Under the pieces are notes generated by a model. The model searched no databases. It was not told the origin of the DNA and worked only from the letters and a program-made list of their open reading frames with translations. Below, piece after piece: positions 8,556-18,920 of a DNA stretch of 21,798 nucleotides (positions within the stretch are counted from its first letter, which is position 1; each line of letters begins with the position of its first letter). A program made the translations under genes and the position numbers. The stretch comes from Candidatus Dadabacteria bacterium (GTDB lineage: Bacteria > Desulfobacterota_D > UBA1144 > Nemesobacterales > CSP1-2). The stretch covers positions 42,480 to 64,277 of the forward strand of contig PSLL01000008.1 in the NCBI GenBank assembly GCA_040289575.1, read 5' to 3'.

Positions 8556-9995
8556 TTAGGTTTCCCGGAGTTTCTTCCTTAGGGTTTCATTCACCAGCTT
8601 AGGATTTGCCTTTCCCTGAGTGGCTTTCATAACCTCACCGACAAAGAAGCCAAGGAGCTTTTCCTGCCCCGCTCTATATCTGGATGCTTTATCCGGATTT
8701 TTTTGAATGATCTCAAAGATTATCATCTCAATCTCGGATATATCGCTTATTTGTTTTATATTCTTCTCCGCAACAATCTCGCCGGCCCTTTTCCCTGTTG
8801 ATACCATTTCAATAAAAACGTCTTTTCCTATCTTTCCGCTTATGGTGCCGTCGTCTATAAGCCTGAGAAGCTCAGAGAGTTTTTCCGGGGTGATTGGAAA
8901 CTCCCTAATTCCCTCTTCTTCACCCTTTAACTCCCGCATCACCTCGGTCATTATCCAGTTGCTTAATGTCTTGGGCTTATCGTAGTATTTTAAGCACTCT
9001 TCAAAATAATCCGCGATCTCCTTTGATGATGTAAGAATCTCGGCGTCATAGGGGGGAATTTTATATTCATCTATAAATCTGTTTTTTCTTGCATTGGGAA
9101 GCTCGGGAAGGGAATTCCTAATATCTCGAATCCAATCTTTGTCCACAGCAATCGGAAGGAGGTCTGGGTCTGGGAAATACCTATAGTCGTGTGCCTCTTC
9201 CTTTGATCGCATAGGAAATGTAACGCCACGGATAGAATCAAAGAGCCGGGTCTCCTGAACGACCCTGTTGCCGCTCTCTATAGTTGAGACCTGCCTCCTA
9301 ATCTCATATTCAAGTGCCTTCTGAATGAATTTAAAAGAGTTTACGTTCTTTATCTCGGCTTTAGTTCCGAGTTCCTCTTTTCCCTTGGGACGAACCGAAA
9401 CGTTTGCATCGCATCTTAGACTACCCTCTTCCATATTTCCGTCACAGACACCTATATATATGAGAATTGATCGGAGTTTCTTAAGGTAAGTGACTGCCTC
9501 TTCGGGGCTGGCAATATCTGGTTCGCTTACAATCTCAATAAGCGGCACGCCCGCTCGGTTCAGGTCTACATAGCTTGAATCCCGTGAGTATTCGTGAATT
9601 AGTTTTCCCGCATCTTCTTCAAGGTGAATTCTCTTTATCCTAATCCTCTTTGTTGAGCTGTTTGATTCGATCTCAAGCCATCCATTTGTAGATAGGGGTT
9701 CTTCATACTGGGAAATCTGGTATCCCTTTGGAAGGTCTGGATAGAAATAGTTCTTGCGGGCAAATCTTGAGATATGGGAAATTTGGCAGTTTACAGCAAG
9801 TGCGGCACGGATTGCAAATTCAAGCGCCCTTTTATTCAGTACCGGGAGTACCCCCGGCATTCCCAAACAGATCGGACAGACCTGTGTGTTTGGCTTGCCT
9901 CCGAACTTTGTGGGGCAGGAGCAGAATATCTTGGATTCTGTTAAAAGCTGCGCGTGAACCTCAAGACCGATTACTGGTTCGTATTCTGTTATCAT
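8556..9995 (-). CDS. gatB: Asp-tRNA(Asn)/Glu-tRNA(Gln) amidotransferase subunit B
   Basis: [60 protein letters not shown] and C-terminal [17 protein letters not shown]. Confidence 0.98.
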   Translation of the reverse strand: MITEYEPVIGLEVHAQLLTESKIFCSCPTKFGGKPNTQVCPICLGMPGVLPVLNKRALEFAIRAALAVNCQISHISRFARKNYFYPDLPKGYQISQYEEPLSTNGWLEIESNSSTKRIRIKRIHLEEDAGKLIHEYSRDSSYVDLNRAGVPLIEIVSEPDIASPEEAVTYLKKLRSILIYIGVCDGNMEEGSLRCDANVSVRPKGKEELGTKAEIKNVNSFKFIQKALEYEIRRQVSTIESGNRVVQETRLFDSIRGVTFPMRSKEEAHDYRYFPDPDLLPIAVDKDWIRDIRNSLPELPNARKNRFIDEYKIPPYDAEILTSSKEIADYFEECLKYYDKPKTLSNWIMTEVMRELKGEEEGIREFPITPEKLSELLRLIDDGTISGKIGKDVFIEMVSTGKRAGEIVAEKNIKQISDISEIEMIIFEIIQKNPDKASRYRAGQEKLLGFFVGEVMKATQGKANPKLVNETLRKKLRET

Positions 9996-10003
9996 CTTGA
10001 TTA

Positions 10004-10036
10004 TGTTAAATTATGTTGATAAAGAGAGATTGTCAA
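10004..10036. promoter_or_regulatory. Divergent promoter region gatB / PIG-L gene
   Basis: Minus strand TTGACA (10036-10031), 17 bp spacer, TAATTT (10013-10008). Plus strand extended -10 TG-t-TAAATT (10004-10012). Confidence 0.5.
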
Positions 10037-10050
10037 GGAGAGTAGTTTAG

Positions 10051-10722
10051 ATGAATAAGAAAAACATTTTAATAATTTCTCCACATCCAGATGATATGGA
10101 GATTGGCATGGGAGGAACGGCGGCAAAATTTGTAACTCGGGAGTTTAATGTCATCTCATTTGTGGTTACGGATGGCAGAAGAAGCACGGGCAACTACACG
10201 GAGGATGAAATGGCACAGATCAGAAAAGGAGAGGCTCAAAATGCCGCACGGATCCTCGGAATAGAGGATCTGATTTTTCTGGGTCTAAAGGACGTAAAAA
10301 GCCCTGAGAACCAAAAAGAGCTAAGGAGGAGGTTGCGTGATATTACTGACCAATTTGGACCGGCAGAGCTATTTATAACCCATCCAAAAATAGATAAACA
10401 TCCTACCCACCGGGCGGTATCAAAGCTCGTTATGGAAATAATAGAGGGGATGCACAGAGACAAATTGCTTCCGCCTCTAAGAATATGGTGTTATGAGGTC
10501 TGGACTCCATTTTGGAAATACGACTGGATTGAAGACATCTCGGGATATATTAACGTAAAGACAGCCGCTATAGATGCCCATAAAAGCCAAATTGAATACA
10601 AAAACTACACACAGGGAATAAGAGGGCTCAACAGATATAGAGCGGTTTTCCATAGTACATCCGGGGTTACAAGTATGAAGTACGCCGAGGTGTTTATGGA
10701 GATACCTTTGCCGAGCAGTTAA
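10051..10722 (+). CDS. PIG-L/LmbE-family N-acetylglucosaminyl deacetylase (substrate unknown)
   Basis: ISPHPDDMEIGMGG, VTDG, IRKGEA..AARILG, DKHPTHR and HKSQ motifs; AAGGAG RBS. Confidence 0.88.
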   Translation: MNKKNILIISPHPDDMEIGMGGTAAKFVTREFNVISFVVTDGRRSTGNYTEDEMAQIRKGEAQNAARILGIEDLIFLGLKDVKSPENQKELRRRLRDITDQFGPAELFITHPKIDKHPTHRAVSKLVMEIIEGMHRDKLLPPLRIWCYEVWTPFWKYDWIEDISGYINVKTAAIDAHKSQIEYKNYTQGIRGLNRYRAVFHSTSGVTSMKYAEVFMEIPLPSS

Positions 10723-10755
10723 CTTGTTTTTCTTATTACACACAAGGCTCTATGC

Positions 10756-11403
10756 TTACTTTAATATCTCTCCCGTTTTCTCACTCCAGAGGAGAAGGTC
10801 GAGTTCGTCAAAATCAATTCCTATTTCTTTTGCAAACCCTTTTAACCTGTTTTCTATTTCTATGTACTTCCTCTTTGTGGACGGCGGCTTGGGGTTATCT
10901 ATCACACCGAATTCATATAGAGACCGCAGGATGTGTTTGTCAAGTATTGCGTATCCCGAAAACCCAATGTTTCTTAAAAAATGGCTCGCTTCTTTATATC
11001 CCAATCCTTTTATGTCCTTATTGGTGGCAAAAAAATCCCTCCTTTCTATCGAATCTTGAAAGGATGAAATCAGTTCCTTTAATTTAAAATCGTACTCCCT
11101 CTTTAAATATTCTCTTGTATGTACTATGTAGTTTGCCCTCCCCGGATACATATGGATGTGCTTAAGTCTACTGTAAATCCCATCTTCACTTCCCTCTATG
11201 AGAATGTCCCTTACGGCATCTACCGATTTTAGACCCATCTTTGCGCTTGCTCCTGCAGTAAGGATGCAGAAGACGAGCTCTTCAAAAATTCTTCTGTCGT
11301 CGCCTTTTTTAAATACGTCTTTAAATTCCCGGAGACGGGATTTAATTAGCTCCTTTTTATCCAAGTAACTCTGCTTGATTTTTTCATAGGCATCGCTTTT
11401 CAT
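10756..11403 (-). CDS. ogg: 8-oxoguanine DNA glycosylase/AP lyase, Ogg2 (archaeal/Thermotoga-type N-glycosylase/DNA lyase)
   Basis: FEELVFCILTAG, HhH motif IKGLGYKEASHFLRNIG with catalytic Lys, AILDKHILR with catalytic Asp, and C-terminus LDLLLW..KTGEILK. Probable start is the ATG at 11403 (MKSDAYEKIK); the ORF track extends to 11532. Confidence 0.88.
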   Translation of the reverse strand: MKSDAYEKIKQSYLDKKELIKSRLREFKDVFKKGDDRRIFEELVFCILTAGASAKMGLKSVDAVRDILIEGSEDGIYSRLKHIHMYPGRANYIVHTREYLKREYDFKLKELISSFQDSIERRDFFATNKDIKGLGYKEASHFLRNIGFSGYAILDKHILRSLYEFGVIDNPKPPSTKRKYIEIENRLKGFAKEIGIDFDELDLLLWSEKTGEILK

Positions 11404-11544
11404 TTTATTATGAGCCGCAATTAATAAACACAGAGCCTGCCATGGGAGAGAAGTCAATGGGTTCGTATGGAAGGGTTTTAGGGTTAAAATAAGCCATTTC
11501 TCCCTGTTTTTTTGATCCCAGGAGCGAATCAATCGGGATGATAA

Positions 11545-12969
11545 CTATTCTACATAGATTTTTAATCTATTGCCTGCGGAGAGCCTGCTCGATTTAAGGT
11601 TATTCCACCTTTTTATATCCGAGACCGAAACATCGTATTTGGTTGCTATGTCCCAAATTGTATCGCCTTTCCTTACGCGGTAGCTGACTATGTTCTTTGT
11701 ATCCGGTTTTTGATTGGATCTTGATTGGGAATGTACTGAGCCGTTAGGTGTAACTGTTTTTGCTAACTTGGAATTCCGAGTGTTATTTTTATTTGCTGTT
11801 CTGTGAATCGTGTCTCTGTGCCTGACCCTGTATCTTATTGATTTGGCTTTAGCCGTCTTGACTGGCGCTTCCCCCGAGGAGTCAATTTCATCGTACTTTG
11901 CCTCTACAATTGCCTTGTATCCTACCGGAACGCTTATTTCATAGGCGTCGCCCGGGGGTGTAAAACCCCTTATGAGGCTTGGGTTAAGCTCGCTCAATCG
12001 CTCATATTTGATCCCTGAGATTTTTGATATGTCTCTCAGGCTCCGCTGCGCCGGAACGGCTGCCTTTTCAAAAGGCTCGGGCTTCTGATATTGAATCTGT
12101 GTAAACCCGTATTTTTCCGGATTCTTGGCAATTATGAGTGCCGCAATGAGCTTTGGCACATAGTCCCTGGTCTCTTCAGGAAGCGTATATTCGGATATCT
12201 CCCAAAAATCTGAGATCTTAAATCTATCTATAGCCGATCTTACTTTGTCTTCGCCCGCGTTATATCCGGCGGCAGCAAGATCCCAGGATTCAAACATATC
12301 GTAAAGATCATGGAGATAATTTGCAGCCGCTTCGGTAGACTTTTGTGCATCCATCCTTTCATCAACCCATGAGTCAACTCTAAGTCCGTACCGTCTAGCG
12401 GTAGATTCAATAAACTGCCAGGGACCAACTGCCCCTTTATTTGATTTAGCGCGCATATTAAACCCGCTTTCAATCATAGCCAGATACACCAAATCAGGAG
12501 GCATACCCTTGGTCTCTAAAATCTCTTTCATCATGGGTATGTATTTCCCCGATCTGGAGAGCCATTCGCTAAATATGTCGCGCCCTTCGGTTTGGAAGTA
12601 TTTAATAAAGTTCTGAACCCTATCGTTTAAAACTATCGGTATATCATGTTCGTTTTCAGGAACAATTCCAGGCAGGTCTTCAAAAATCCTCTTCCTGAGA
12701 AGAAAAAAGTAGTAGTAGGCTTTCCAGGTTTGAGAATCGGGTTCCATAAGAAAGAATCCCGATGACTCCTTGGCAAAGAGGCCGCTTTTGCTAAGCATTG
12801 GGGCTGACTTCTGTTGATTATCTAAGTCCAATCCCTTACCCACATTATAGAGGCTCATGCCGCTTAAAGGAGGGGAGTTAGATTTGCGCGCCGTAGTAAC
12901 TGCACATCCATTTAAGATCAAGATTCCCAAAACTATTGTAAAGAAGTGGCTAGGGTATTTAAAAAACAT
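11545..12969 (-). CDS. MltD-like membrane-bound lytic murein transglycosylase with LysM domain(s), lipoprotein
   Basis: Lipobox LNGC at residue 22 from ATG 12969; SLT motifs LAMIESGF, AVGPWQF, AAGYNAGE and ETRDYVPKL; C-terminal LysM YRVRKGDTIWDIATKYDVSVSDIKRWNNL, preceded by a degenerate LysM (YRVRHRDTI). Confidence 0.92.
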   Translation of the reverse strand: MFFKYPSHFFTIVLGILILNGCAVTTARKSNSPPLSGMSLYNVGKGLDLDNQQKSAPMLSKSGLFAKESSGFFLMEPDSQTWKAYYYFFLLRKRIFEDLPGIVPENEHDIPIVLNDRVQNFIKYFQTEGRDIFSEWLSRSGKYIPMMKEILETKGMPPDLVYLAMIESGFNMRAKSNKGAVGPWQFIESTARRYGLRVDSWVDERMDAQKSTEAAANYLHDLYDMFESWDLAAAGYNAGEDKVRSAIDRFKISDFWEISEYTLPEETRDYVPKLIAALIIAKNPEKYGFTQIQYQKPEPFEKAAVPAQRSLRDISKISGIKYERLSELNPSLIRGFTPPGDAYEISVPVGYKAIVEAKYDEIDSSGEAPVKTAKAKSIRYRVRHRDTIHRTANKNNTRNSKLAKTVTPNGSVHSQSRSNQKPDTKNIVSYRVRKGDTIWDIATKYDVSVSDIKRWNNLKSSRLSAGNRLKIYVE

Positions 12970-12977
12970 TGGCTCTT

Positions 12978-13006
12978 TTTTTATCACAAATCGGATAAGA
13001 TGTCAA
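12978..13006 (-). promoter_or_regulatory. Putative sigma70 promoter of mltD-like gene
   Basis: TTGACA (13006-13001), 17 bp spacer ending in TGa, then TAAAAA (12983-12978); 8 nt before the ATG at 12969. Confidence 0.5.
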
Positions 13007-13191
13007 CGGAAATTCAGAAAAAATTTTAAAATGAGAAATTCTTATGAATTGGCTTTGAGGTGAAATTGGACAAAATGCGGAGAAATCTCTTTTGGGAATT
13101 AAGATTTCTTTTAAAATCCATATAATCTTAAATTATCATCTCTTGGTATCTCATATCTCATAATAAAATTACACATTTTATAGGTTGCAGT

Positions 13192-13200
13192 TGGTATAAT
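13192..13200 (+). promoter_or_regulatory. Extended -10 promoter of tamAB
   Basis: TG-G-TATAAT, followed by an AAGGAG RBS and the TTG start at 13223. Confidence 0.6.
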
Positions 13201-13222
13201 TTTAAACATAAAGGAGACAAAT

Positions 13223-15052
13223 TTGACTTTTCGCTCAAGATTGCAAGGGGCCTATCTTTTCTTAATTCTTCCCCTTGCCATCTTTTTTCTCGTAAATTCA
13301 GTCCTGGGAGAAACTGACCAAACAACGGTCAGAATATCAAAGGTGAAAGTAAAAGGCACAAGGGCTGTTTCAATAAAGGAGATAAAAGGAAGGATAGCCA
13401 CAGAATTCCCTTCACTTAATCCCTTTGCAAAAAAGCCGGAGTTTGATGAAGAGGCATTAAAAGAGGATATGATTAGAATCCAAAGGCTCTATGCGGATCA
13501 CGGATACTACGATACTGAGGCGGATTACAAACTCAAATACAATCGAGAAAAAAATATGGTGGAGATTACTATTGAGATTAAGGAAGGAAAACCCATTATT
13601 CTGAAAGATTTAAACATAGATATACAAGGAGAATTAAGTAAAGATATAAGAAAAAAGATTCTTGACTCTGTACCTCTTAAGGTTAATAAAACCTTTTCTC
13701 CAATAGATTATCAGGCGACTAAGGGCATAATCTCAAGTATTCTCGCGGATAACGGTTATCCCAAGTCGGATATTGAGGGACAGGCGCTTGTAAATAGAGT
13801 AGAAAAATGGGCAAAGGTGAGCTTCAAAGTAAATCCAGGTGTGCTCTACAGGTTCGGCTCTGTAAATGTGGAGGGAAATGAAAAGGTAGCGACAAATATA
13901 ATCAAACGCGAAGTGACATTCAAAAAGGGAGACATCTATTCAACAAGAAAGATCAATGACACGCAGGCAAGAATCTTTCAGCTTGATCTCTTCGGGTCCG
14001 TTTTAATTAATACGAATTTCGATGAAGAACAAAAGATTGCGAACTTAAACATAAAAGTAAAAGAGAGAAAGCCAGGAACGGTAAAGATCGGAGTGGGATT
14101 CGGCTCGTTAGACTTGGCTAGAGGTCAGGTTTTCTTGACTCAGAGAAACCTCTTTGGCGGCGGGAGGAGGCTTGAGGTTACGGGCAAGGCCTCATTCATT
14201 ACACAGAGGTTGCAGACGAGCGTTATTCAGCCATATATAATTGGGAAGGCTTCTGAGCTTTTTTGGAACCTCAATTTTATAAGAGATACTCTACCGGCCT
14301 TTAGTGATTTGATGTTTCTTACCACGACTGGGGTGAGAAAGAGGTTTGGGGGAGTTTTTAACGCATCCGGCTCATTCAATGTTCAGCTGACACGTCTAAG
14401 CGGAGTGCCAGGTGAAATTTCTGACTTTACCGTGCCTCGGGGCAATTTCTTTCTGACCTTTTTTAACTCTGGAATAGAGAGAAATACTACGGACAATATA
14501 CTTAACCCCACACGCGGCACCATAGCTACATTCAGTCTTGAGCCTTCTTTTAAGGCGCTCGGGTCGGATGTGAATTACATAAAGAGCACCCTTGGGCTTA
14601 GCGGTTATAAAAAGCTCTTCAATGTTGTTTTTGCATCTCGCATCCTTGTGGGGGTTATAGAGCCGTTTGGTGTAACAGGAACATTTGACATTCCAATCTT
14701 TAAAAGGTTTTTTGCGGGCGGTCCCACAAGCGTAAGGGGATTTCCGTTTCAGAGACTAGGCCCTCTTGATAAGAGTGGTGACCCGATTGGGGGCAATTCA
14801 CTTCTTGAGGGGAGCTTTGAGACTCGATTTCCAATATATAAAGACTTCGGCGGTGTGGTTTTCTTTGACTATGGAAACGTTTATTCAAAGGCATTTGATT
14901 ATAAACTGAGTGAACTCAAGTACTCTCCGGGTGTAGGGCTGAGGTATAATACTCTAATAGGGCCAATAAGAGCAGACGTCGGATACGCACTTAATCCGGA
15001 GCCCGGAATTAGAAGGATTCAGTTTTGGTTCGGCATAGGTCAAGCCTTCTAA
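13223..15052 (+). CDS. tamA: Omp85-family outer membrane protein, TamA-like (3 POTRA + barrel)
   Basis: 609 aa with a signal peptide and POTRA motifs (LYADHGYY, LADNGYP, IKREVTFKKGDIYS); barrel lid RFFAGGPTSVRGF; C-terminal GVGLRYNTLIGPIRADVG...GIGQAF. Directly upstream of tamB. Confidence 0.85.
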   Translation: MTFRSRLQGAYLFLILPLAIFFLVNSVLGETDQTTVRISKVKVKGTRAVSIKEIKGRIATEFPSLNPFAKKPEFDEEALKEDMIRIQRLYADHGYYDTEADYKLKYNREKNMVEITIEIKEGKPIILKDLNIDIQGELSKDIRKKILDSVPLKVNKTFSPIDYQATKGIISSILADNGYPKSDIEGQALVNRVEKWAKVSFKVNPGVLYRFGSVNVEGNEKVATNIIKREVTFKKGDIYSTRKINDTQARIFQLDLFGSVLINTNFDEEQKIANLNIKVKERKPGTVKIGVGFGSLDLARGQVFLTQRNLFGGGRRLEVTGKASFITQRLQTSVIQPYIIGKASELFWNLNFIRDTLPAFSDLMFLTTTGVRKRFGGVFNASGSFNVQLTRLSGVPGEISDFTVPRGNFFLTFFNSGIERNTTDNILNPTRGTIATFSLEPSFKALGSDVNYIKSTLGLSGYKKLFNVVFASRILVGVIEPFGVTGTFDIPIFKRFFAGGPTSVRGFPFQRLGPLDKSGDPIGGNSLLEGSFETRFPIYKDFGGVVFFDYGNVYSKAFDYKLSELKYSPGVGLRYNTLIGPIRADVGYALNPEPGIRRIQFWFGIGQAF

Positions 15053-15092
15053 TATTCATGGAGATAAGTAGGTAGATTTAGGTTGGTGGATT

Positions 15093-18000
15093 ATGTCTAA
15101 GGTTATAAAGACAGTTGGGATTTTATTTTTTGTTTTAGTCGCATTAGTTGTGTCAATCTTTGTTCTTATACAGACGGACTACTTTAGAAGCACTATAAAA
15201 AATATTGTAGAGAAATCGGTAAGCAACACCGTGGGACAAAACCTTAGAATAGGAAAAATAGAGGGCGATTTTATACGCGGTATTAGTCTAAAAGACGTTT
15301 CGTTTAAAATCGAAGGAGAGCCTTTTATACACGTAGATGAGATTTCAGTGAAATATTCGCTTCCCCCTATACTTGATGTTTATGCGATCCTAAGTAAATT
15401 GGTTCCTATAAGTGATATTTCGTTGAAAGGTTTGAGCGTAAATTTCATACATGACGAAAATGGGGTTTGGAACGTAGACAAACTCAGCGGAGAAGAGAGT
15501 AAAAAGGGAGAAGGTAGAGGTCAATCTCCCAAGTGGAACCTTTTTATTAAAAAACTTCTCATTACAAACGCGAGAATCGTGGTAGAGGATAGAGAGAAAA
15601 AAGAGACTTTCGAAATAGAGATCCCCTATATAAACTCATCAATCAATATGTTTGATATAATCAGGAAGGTTGATCTTAATCTAAGAAAGGTAAATCTATA
15701 TGTGTCTCCACAACACCTCAATATAGAGGGACTTTCGACAAATCTCCTCTATACGGGTAATAAAGTACAAGTTAAGGATTTAAATGCCACTGTAAACGGA
15801 GCGAGGGTTAAACTCGATGCAGAGGTTGACAATTTTGCAGAGCCTAAATTCAAATTCAAAGCCACCGCATACGGTTTCAATATAGAAAAAGGTATTTTAA
15901 ATGCAGAACTGCAGGGTTCAGGACAATATAAAAATCCAGAGGATATGAAGGCAGAAATAAGAATTAACCTACCCGATTCACAGATAATGGGTAAAAAGAT
16001 TGATGGATCAATTGATAGGATCAAAATAGATGGGGTTAACGTAGAAATACAAGGCGGAGTGATTAAAACAGATTTTGGGGAAGCATCATTTAGGGGAAAT
16101 GCTAATGTGGAACGCCTACTTAAGAAAAGCGGGATGAACAATTTTGATCTCAAGCTTTCGCTCAAAAATGTCAATCTCTCTAAGACTCCAGAGTTTGTAA
16201 AGAACCAGTCTGATATTGGAGTTGTAAATGCGGACCTGGGTATAGAGGGTAAATGGAAGGAGATGGAGGATTTGGAAGCTAAAGTGAACGTAAATGGATT
16301 TAGGCAGAAGGGGAAAATAGGCGAGATTAAATTAAAGGGAGTGGTAGAAGCTACAAGATCAAACGCAAAATTCGATCTTGTTTCAAATCTAAGTAGAATC
16401 AACCTATTTCCAATAATAAGAGACAGGGGATATGTAAGTAATATAAACTCTAATCTCCGCTTTAAAGGCTCTGCACCTTTAAGTGGCAATTTGGAAGGAT
16501 TAGTGGTGACTCTCAATGGAGAGATTCTCCCATCGAGTATCTCTGATATAAATCTCACCGGAGGAGAAATAGATGCCTCATATAATAGGAGGACTCTGGC
16601 TATAAAGTCCCTTTCTCTAATCTCTGATTCTTTCGGACTGAAAGCATCGGGGGAAGAAAATAGAATGGATTTTAGTTATGATGCCGAGATTAATAATCTG
16701 GATTTATTATCAAAATTTTCTCCTGGACTTGATCTTAAGGGTTCCCTTCATGCAACCGGAAAGGTTCGAGGGAAAATCGAAAACCCTCAAACCACATTCT
16801 CAGCCACAGTTTCGGATTTTGGATATAAAAAGGACCTACAGGTCAAGTCAATTAACCTAAACGGAGATGCTGTTGTTAATCTCGAAAACCCGAAATTTCA
16901 GGTAAAGGGGAATCTCAAGGAAGTCAAATTTCAAGGGAGAGACATAAAGAGTATTGACCTTGAGGCGAGGAATGAGGATAAAGGAATAAGAGGAGGCTTT
17001 TTCATTGTAGAAGACACACAAAGAAGCTATGAAATTAAGTTAAAATTGGTAGATCTTAAAAGCCAAGAAAAGGATATAAAGCTTGAGAAGGTTAAGCTTA
17101 ATCTCGAAAATAGAATCCTACAAAATAGAGACATTATAGACATGGCTGTTTCTCCAGAGAGAATCACTGTTAAATCACTCAATCTTTATTACGGAAGCAA
17201 TTTCGTTGTAGGCGATGTAGATGTGAATTTCAATGGTGCCATAAACGCCTCTTTGGGGTTAAAGAGAATAAATCTCATTGACATATCACAGGCGCTCGGG
17301 CTTAAAACCCCGGTGCGGGGAGTTACTTCAGGAGATGTCGAATTTCAAGGCACATTGGAACAGCCAAAAATAAAGATCAACATCGGCACTCAAGGCCTGG
17401 GGTTTATGGATTTTATAACCGATAATGCCGATTTAAATCTTTCCTATTCAAATAAGAGTCTCAATCTTGATTTTACTGCTGTGGAAAACGCCCAGGAGAT
17501 TTTATCTTTAGTGGGCAGAATAGGCATAGACCTCAACCTCAAAAACGTACAGGAGAATATAAAAGATGCAACTTTTAATCTCTCCCTAAAATCTAGCGGT
17601 ATTGATGTCAGTCCGCTTGCGAAGTTAAACGAAGAGATAAGAGAGATTCATGGAAAAGCCATTCTTGATCTCAGTGCTTCAGGAAGTGTAAAAAGTCCTA
17701 AGGTCAACGGGCAGATAAGTCTTCAAAATATATCTTTAAAGACCCAATCGCTAAGAAATCAGATCAGGGTGCCGTCGGGACTCATTGAGATGGAAGGGAA
17801 AAAAGGGGTTCTTAGAACGCTTGAGATTCGAACCGACGGAGGAAGCGGAACGATTCAAGGGGATTTTAATCTTCGTGAACTTTCATACAACCTGAGCGGC
17901 AAATTGAATGATTTCGCGGTGAATCTTAAACAGGTTGCGGCAAATGTGGATGGCAATCTGGGAATTAAAGGGAACGGCGGAAGAATCAATATAAATGGCG

Positions 18001-18893
18001 ACATTAGGGTAAAGAGAGCACGTATCAGAATTCCTGAGGAACCCGAAAAGCAGGTAGAGGATATTAAATTCGTAGATGAGAGGAAAGAAGAACAGCAGCA
18101 GTTTGTAATCAATGAGGTCAAACAAACAGACTTTTTCACGGATAATGTAGGAATGAATCTAAATGTATTCATACCGGGAAATGCGTGGGCTAAGGGAAAA
18201 GGGGCAAATGTTGAGGTCAAAGGGAGGATTGGGGTTATAAAAGAGTACGGTGGACCGGTAATCCTAACAGGAAACATTGATACGGTAAGAGGGACATATG
18301 AATTTTTTGGAAAACTCTTCAGAATTGAGCAGGGGAAGGTGAGTTTTCGGGGAACGCCTGAGATTAATCCATTCATTGATGTGACGGCTCTGTATAAAGT
18401 TTCAGACGTAAAAATATTTGTAAACGTAAACGGTACGGTTGAGAAGCCTAATGTAAAGCTCTCTAGTGACCCGCCGATGGACCAGACGGATATAATCTCC
18501 TACCTGGCGTTTGGAACCTCTTCGGACAAGATCGGTGCGGGTCAAAGGACCAACCTTCAGTCAAAAGCTGCGGAAATAGGGGCGCTTATAGCAGCGGATA
18601 AACTCAAAGACATTGTAGGAGAAAGATTCCGATTAGATGTAATTAGTATAACTGGCGGAGAAAAAGGACTTCAGGATGCTCAAATTGAGGTTGGTAAGTA
18701 TTTAACTGATAGGTTACATATCGCTTATGAGCGTAGTCCTGAAGAGACGGTTTCGACTCCTTACCTGTCTACAAACGAAAATCTTACAAATAAGATTCGG
18801 GTAGAGTATAGGCTATTTGACTTTCTAACATTGGAAAGTACGGTAGGAGGGACTGACCAGGGAGGGGATGTATTTTTTTACTTCAACTATTAG
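15093..18893 (+). CDS. tamB: Translocation and assembly module TamB (AsmA-like, C-terminal DUF490)
   Basis: 1266 aa with an N-terminal TM anchor and beta-rich body; C-terminal RGTYEFFGKLFRIEQG..F.G..INPFIDV..GTVEKP..LSSDPPMDQTDIISYLAFG..EVGKYL. Confidence 0.9.
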   Translation: MSKVIKTVGILFFVLVALVVSIFVLIQTDYFRSTIKNIVEKSVSNTVGQNLRIGKIEGDFIRGISLKDVSFKIEGEPFIHVDEISVKYSLPPILDVYAILSKLVPISDISLKGLSVNFIHDENGVWNVDKLSGEESKKGEGRGQSPKWNLFIKKLLITNARIVVEDREKKETFEIEIPYINSSINMFDIIRKVDLNLRKVNLYVSPQHLNIEGLSTNLLYTGNKVQVKDLNATVNGARVKLDAEVDNFAEPKFKFKATAYGFNIEKGILNAELQGSGQYKNPEDMKAEIRINLPDSQIMGKKIDGSIDRIKIDGVNVEIQGGVIKTDFGEASFRGNANVERLLKKSGMNNFDLKLSLKNVNLSKTPEFVKNQSDIGVVNADLGIEGKWKEMEDLEAKVNVNGFRQKGKIGEIKLKGVVEATRSNAKFDLVSNLSRINLFPIIRDRGYVSNINSNLRFKGSAPLSGNLEGLVVTLNGEILPSSISDINLTGGEIDASYNRRTLAIKSLSLISDSFGLKASGEENRMDFSYDAEINNLDLLSKFSPGLDLKGSLHATGKVRGKIENPQTTFSATVSDFGYKKDLQVKSINLNGDAVVNLENPKFQVKGNLKEVKFQGRDIKSIDLEARNEDKGIRGGFFIVEDTQRSYEIKLKLVDLKSQEKDIKLEKVKLNLENRILQNRDIIDMAVSPERITVKSLNLYYGSNFVVGDVDVNFNGAINASLGLKRINLIDISQALGLKTPVRGVTSGDVEFQGTLEQPKIKINIGTQGLGFMDFITDNADLNLSYSNKSLNLDFTAVENAQEILSLVGRIGIDLNLKNVQENIKDATFNLSLKSSGIDVSPLAKLNEEIREIHGKAILDLSASGSVKSPKVNGQISLQNISLKTQSLRNQIRVPSGLIEMEGKKGVLRTLEIRTDGGSGTIQGDFNLRELSYNLSGKLNDFAVNLKQVAANVDGNLGIKGNGGRININGDIRVKRARIRIPEEPEKQVEDIKFVDERKEEQQQFVINEVKQTDFFTDNVGMNLNVFIPGNAWAKGKGANVEVKGRIGVIKEYGGPVILTGNIDTVRGTYEFFGKLFRIEQGKVSFRGTPEINPFIDVTALYKVSDVKIFVNVNGTVEKPNVKLSSDPPMDQTDIISYLAFGTSSDKIGAGQRTNLQSKAAEIGALIAADKLKDIVGERFRLDVISITGGEKGLQDAQIEVGKYLTDRLHIAYERSPEETVSTPYLSTNENLTNKIRVEYRLFDFLTLESTVGGTDQGGDVFFYFNY

Positions 18894-18920
18894 CTGTTAA
18901 CTAGCTCATACGATTAATAA

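Noticed and set aside
11404..11532. N-terminal extension of the Ogg2 ORF
   Set aside because: Does not resemble the family; the ATG at 11403 gives a typical Ogg2 length.
13031..13063. Mini-ORF MRNSYELALR resembling a tmRNA tag
   Set aside because: No tRNA-like ends or pseudoknot context, AT-rich promoter DNA, no RBS, and it does not end in AA.
15749..18376. 269-aa and 173-aa minus-strand ORFs inside tamB
   Set aside because: In-register antisense shadows with the Ser/Leu/Ile/Phe/Pro bias expected from the complementary codons.
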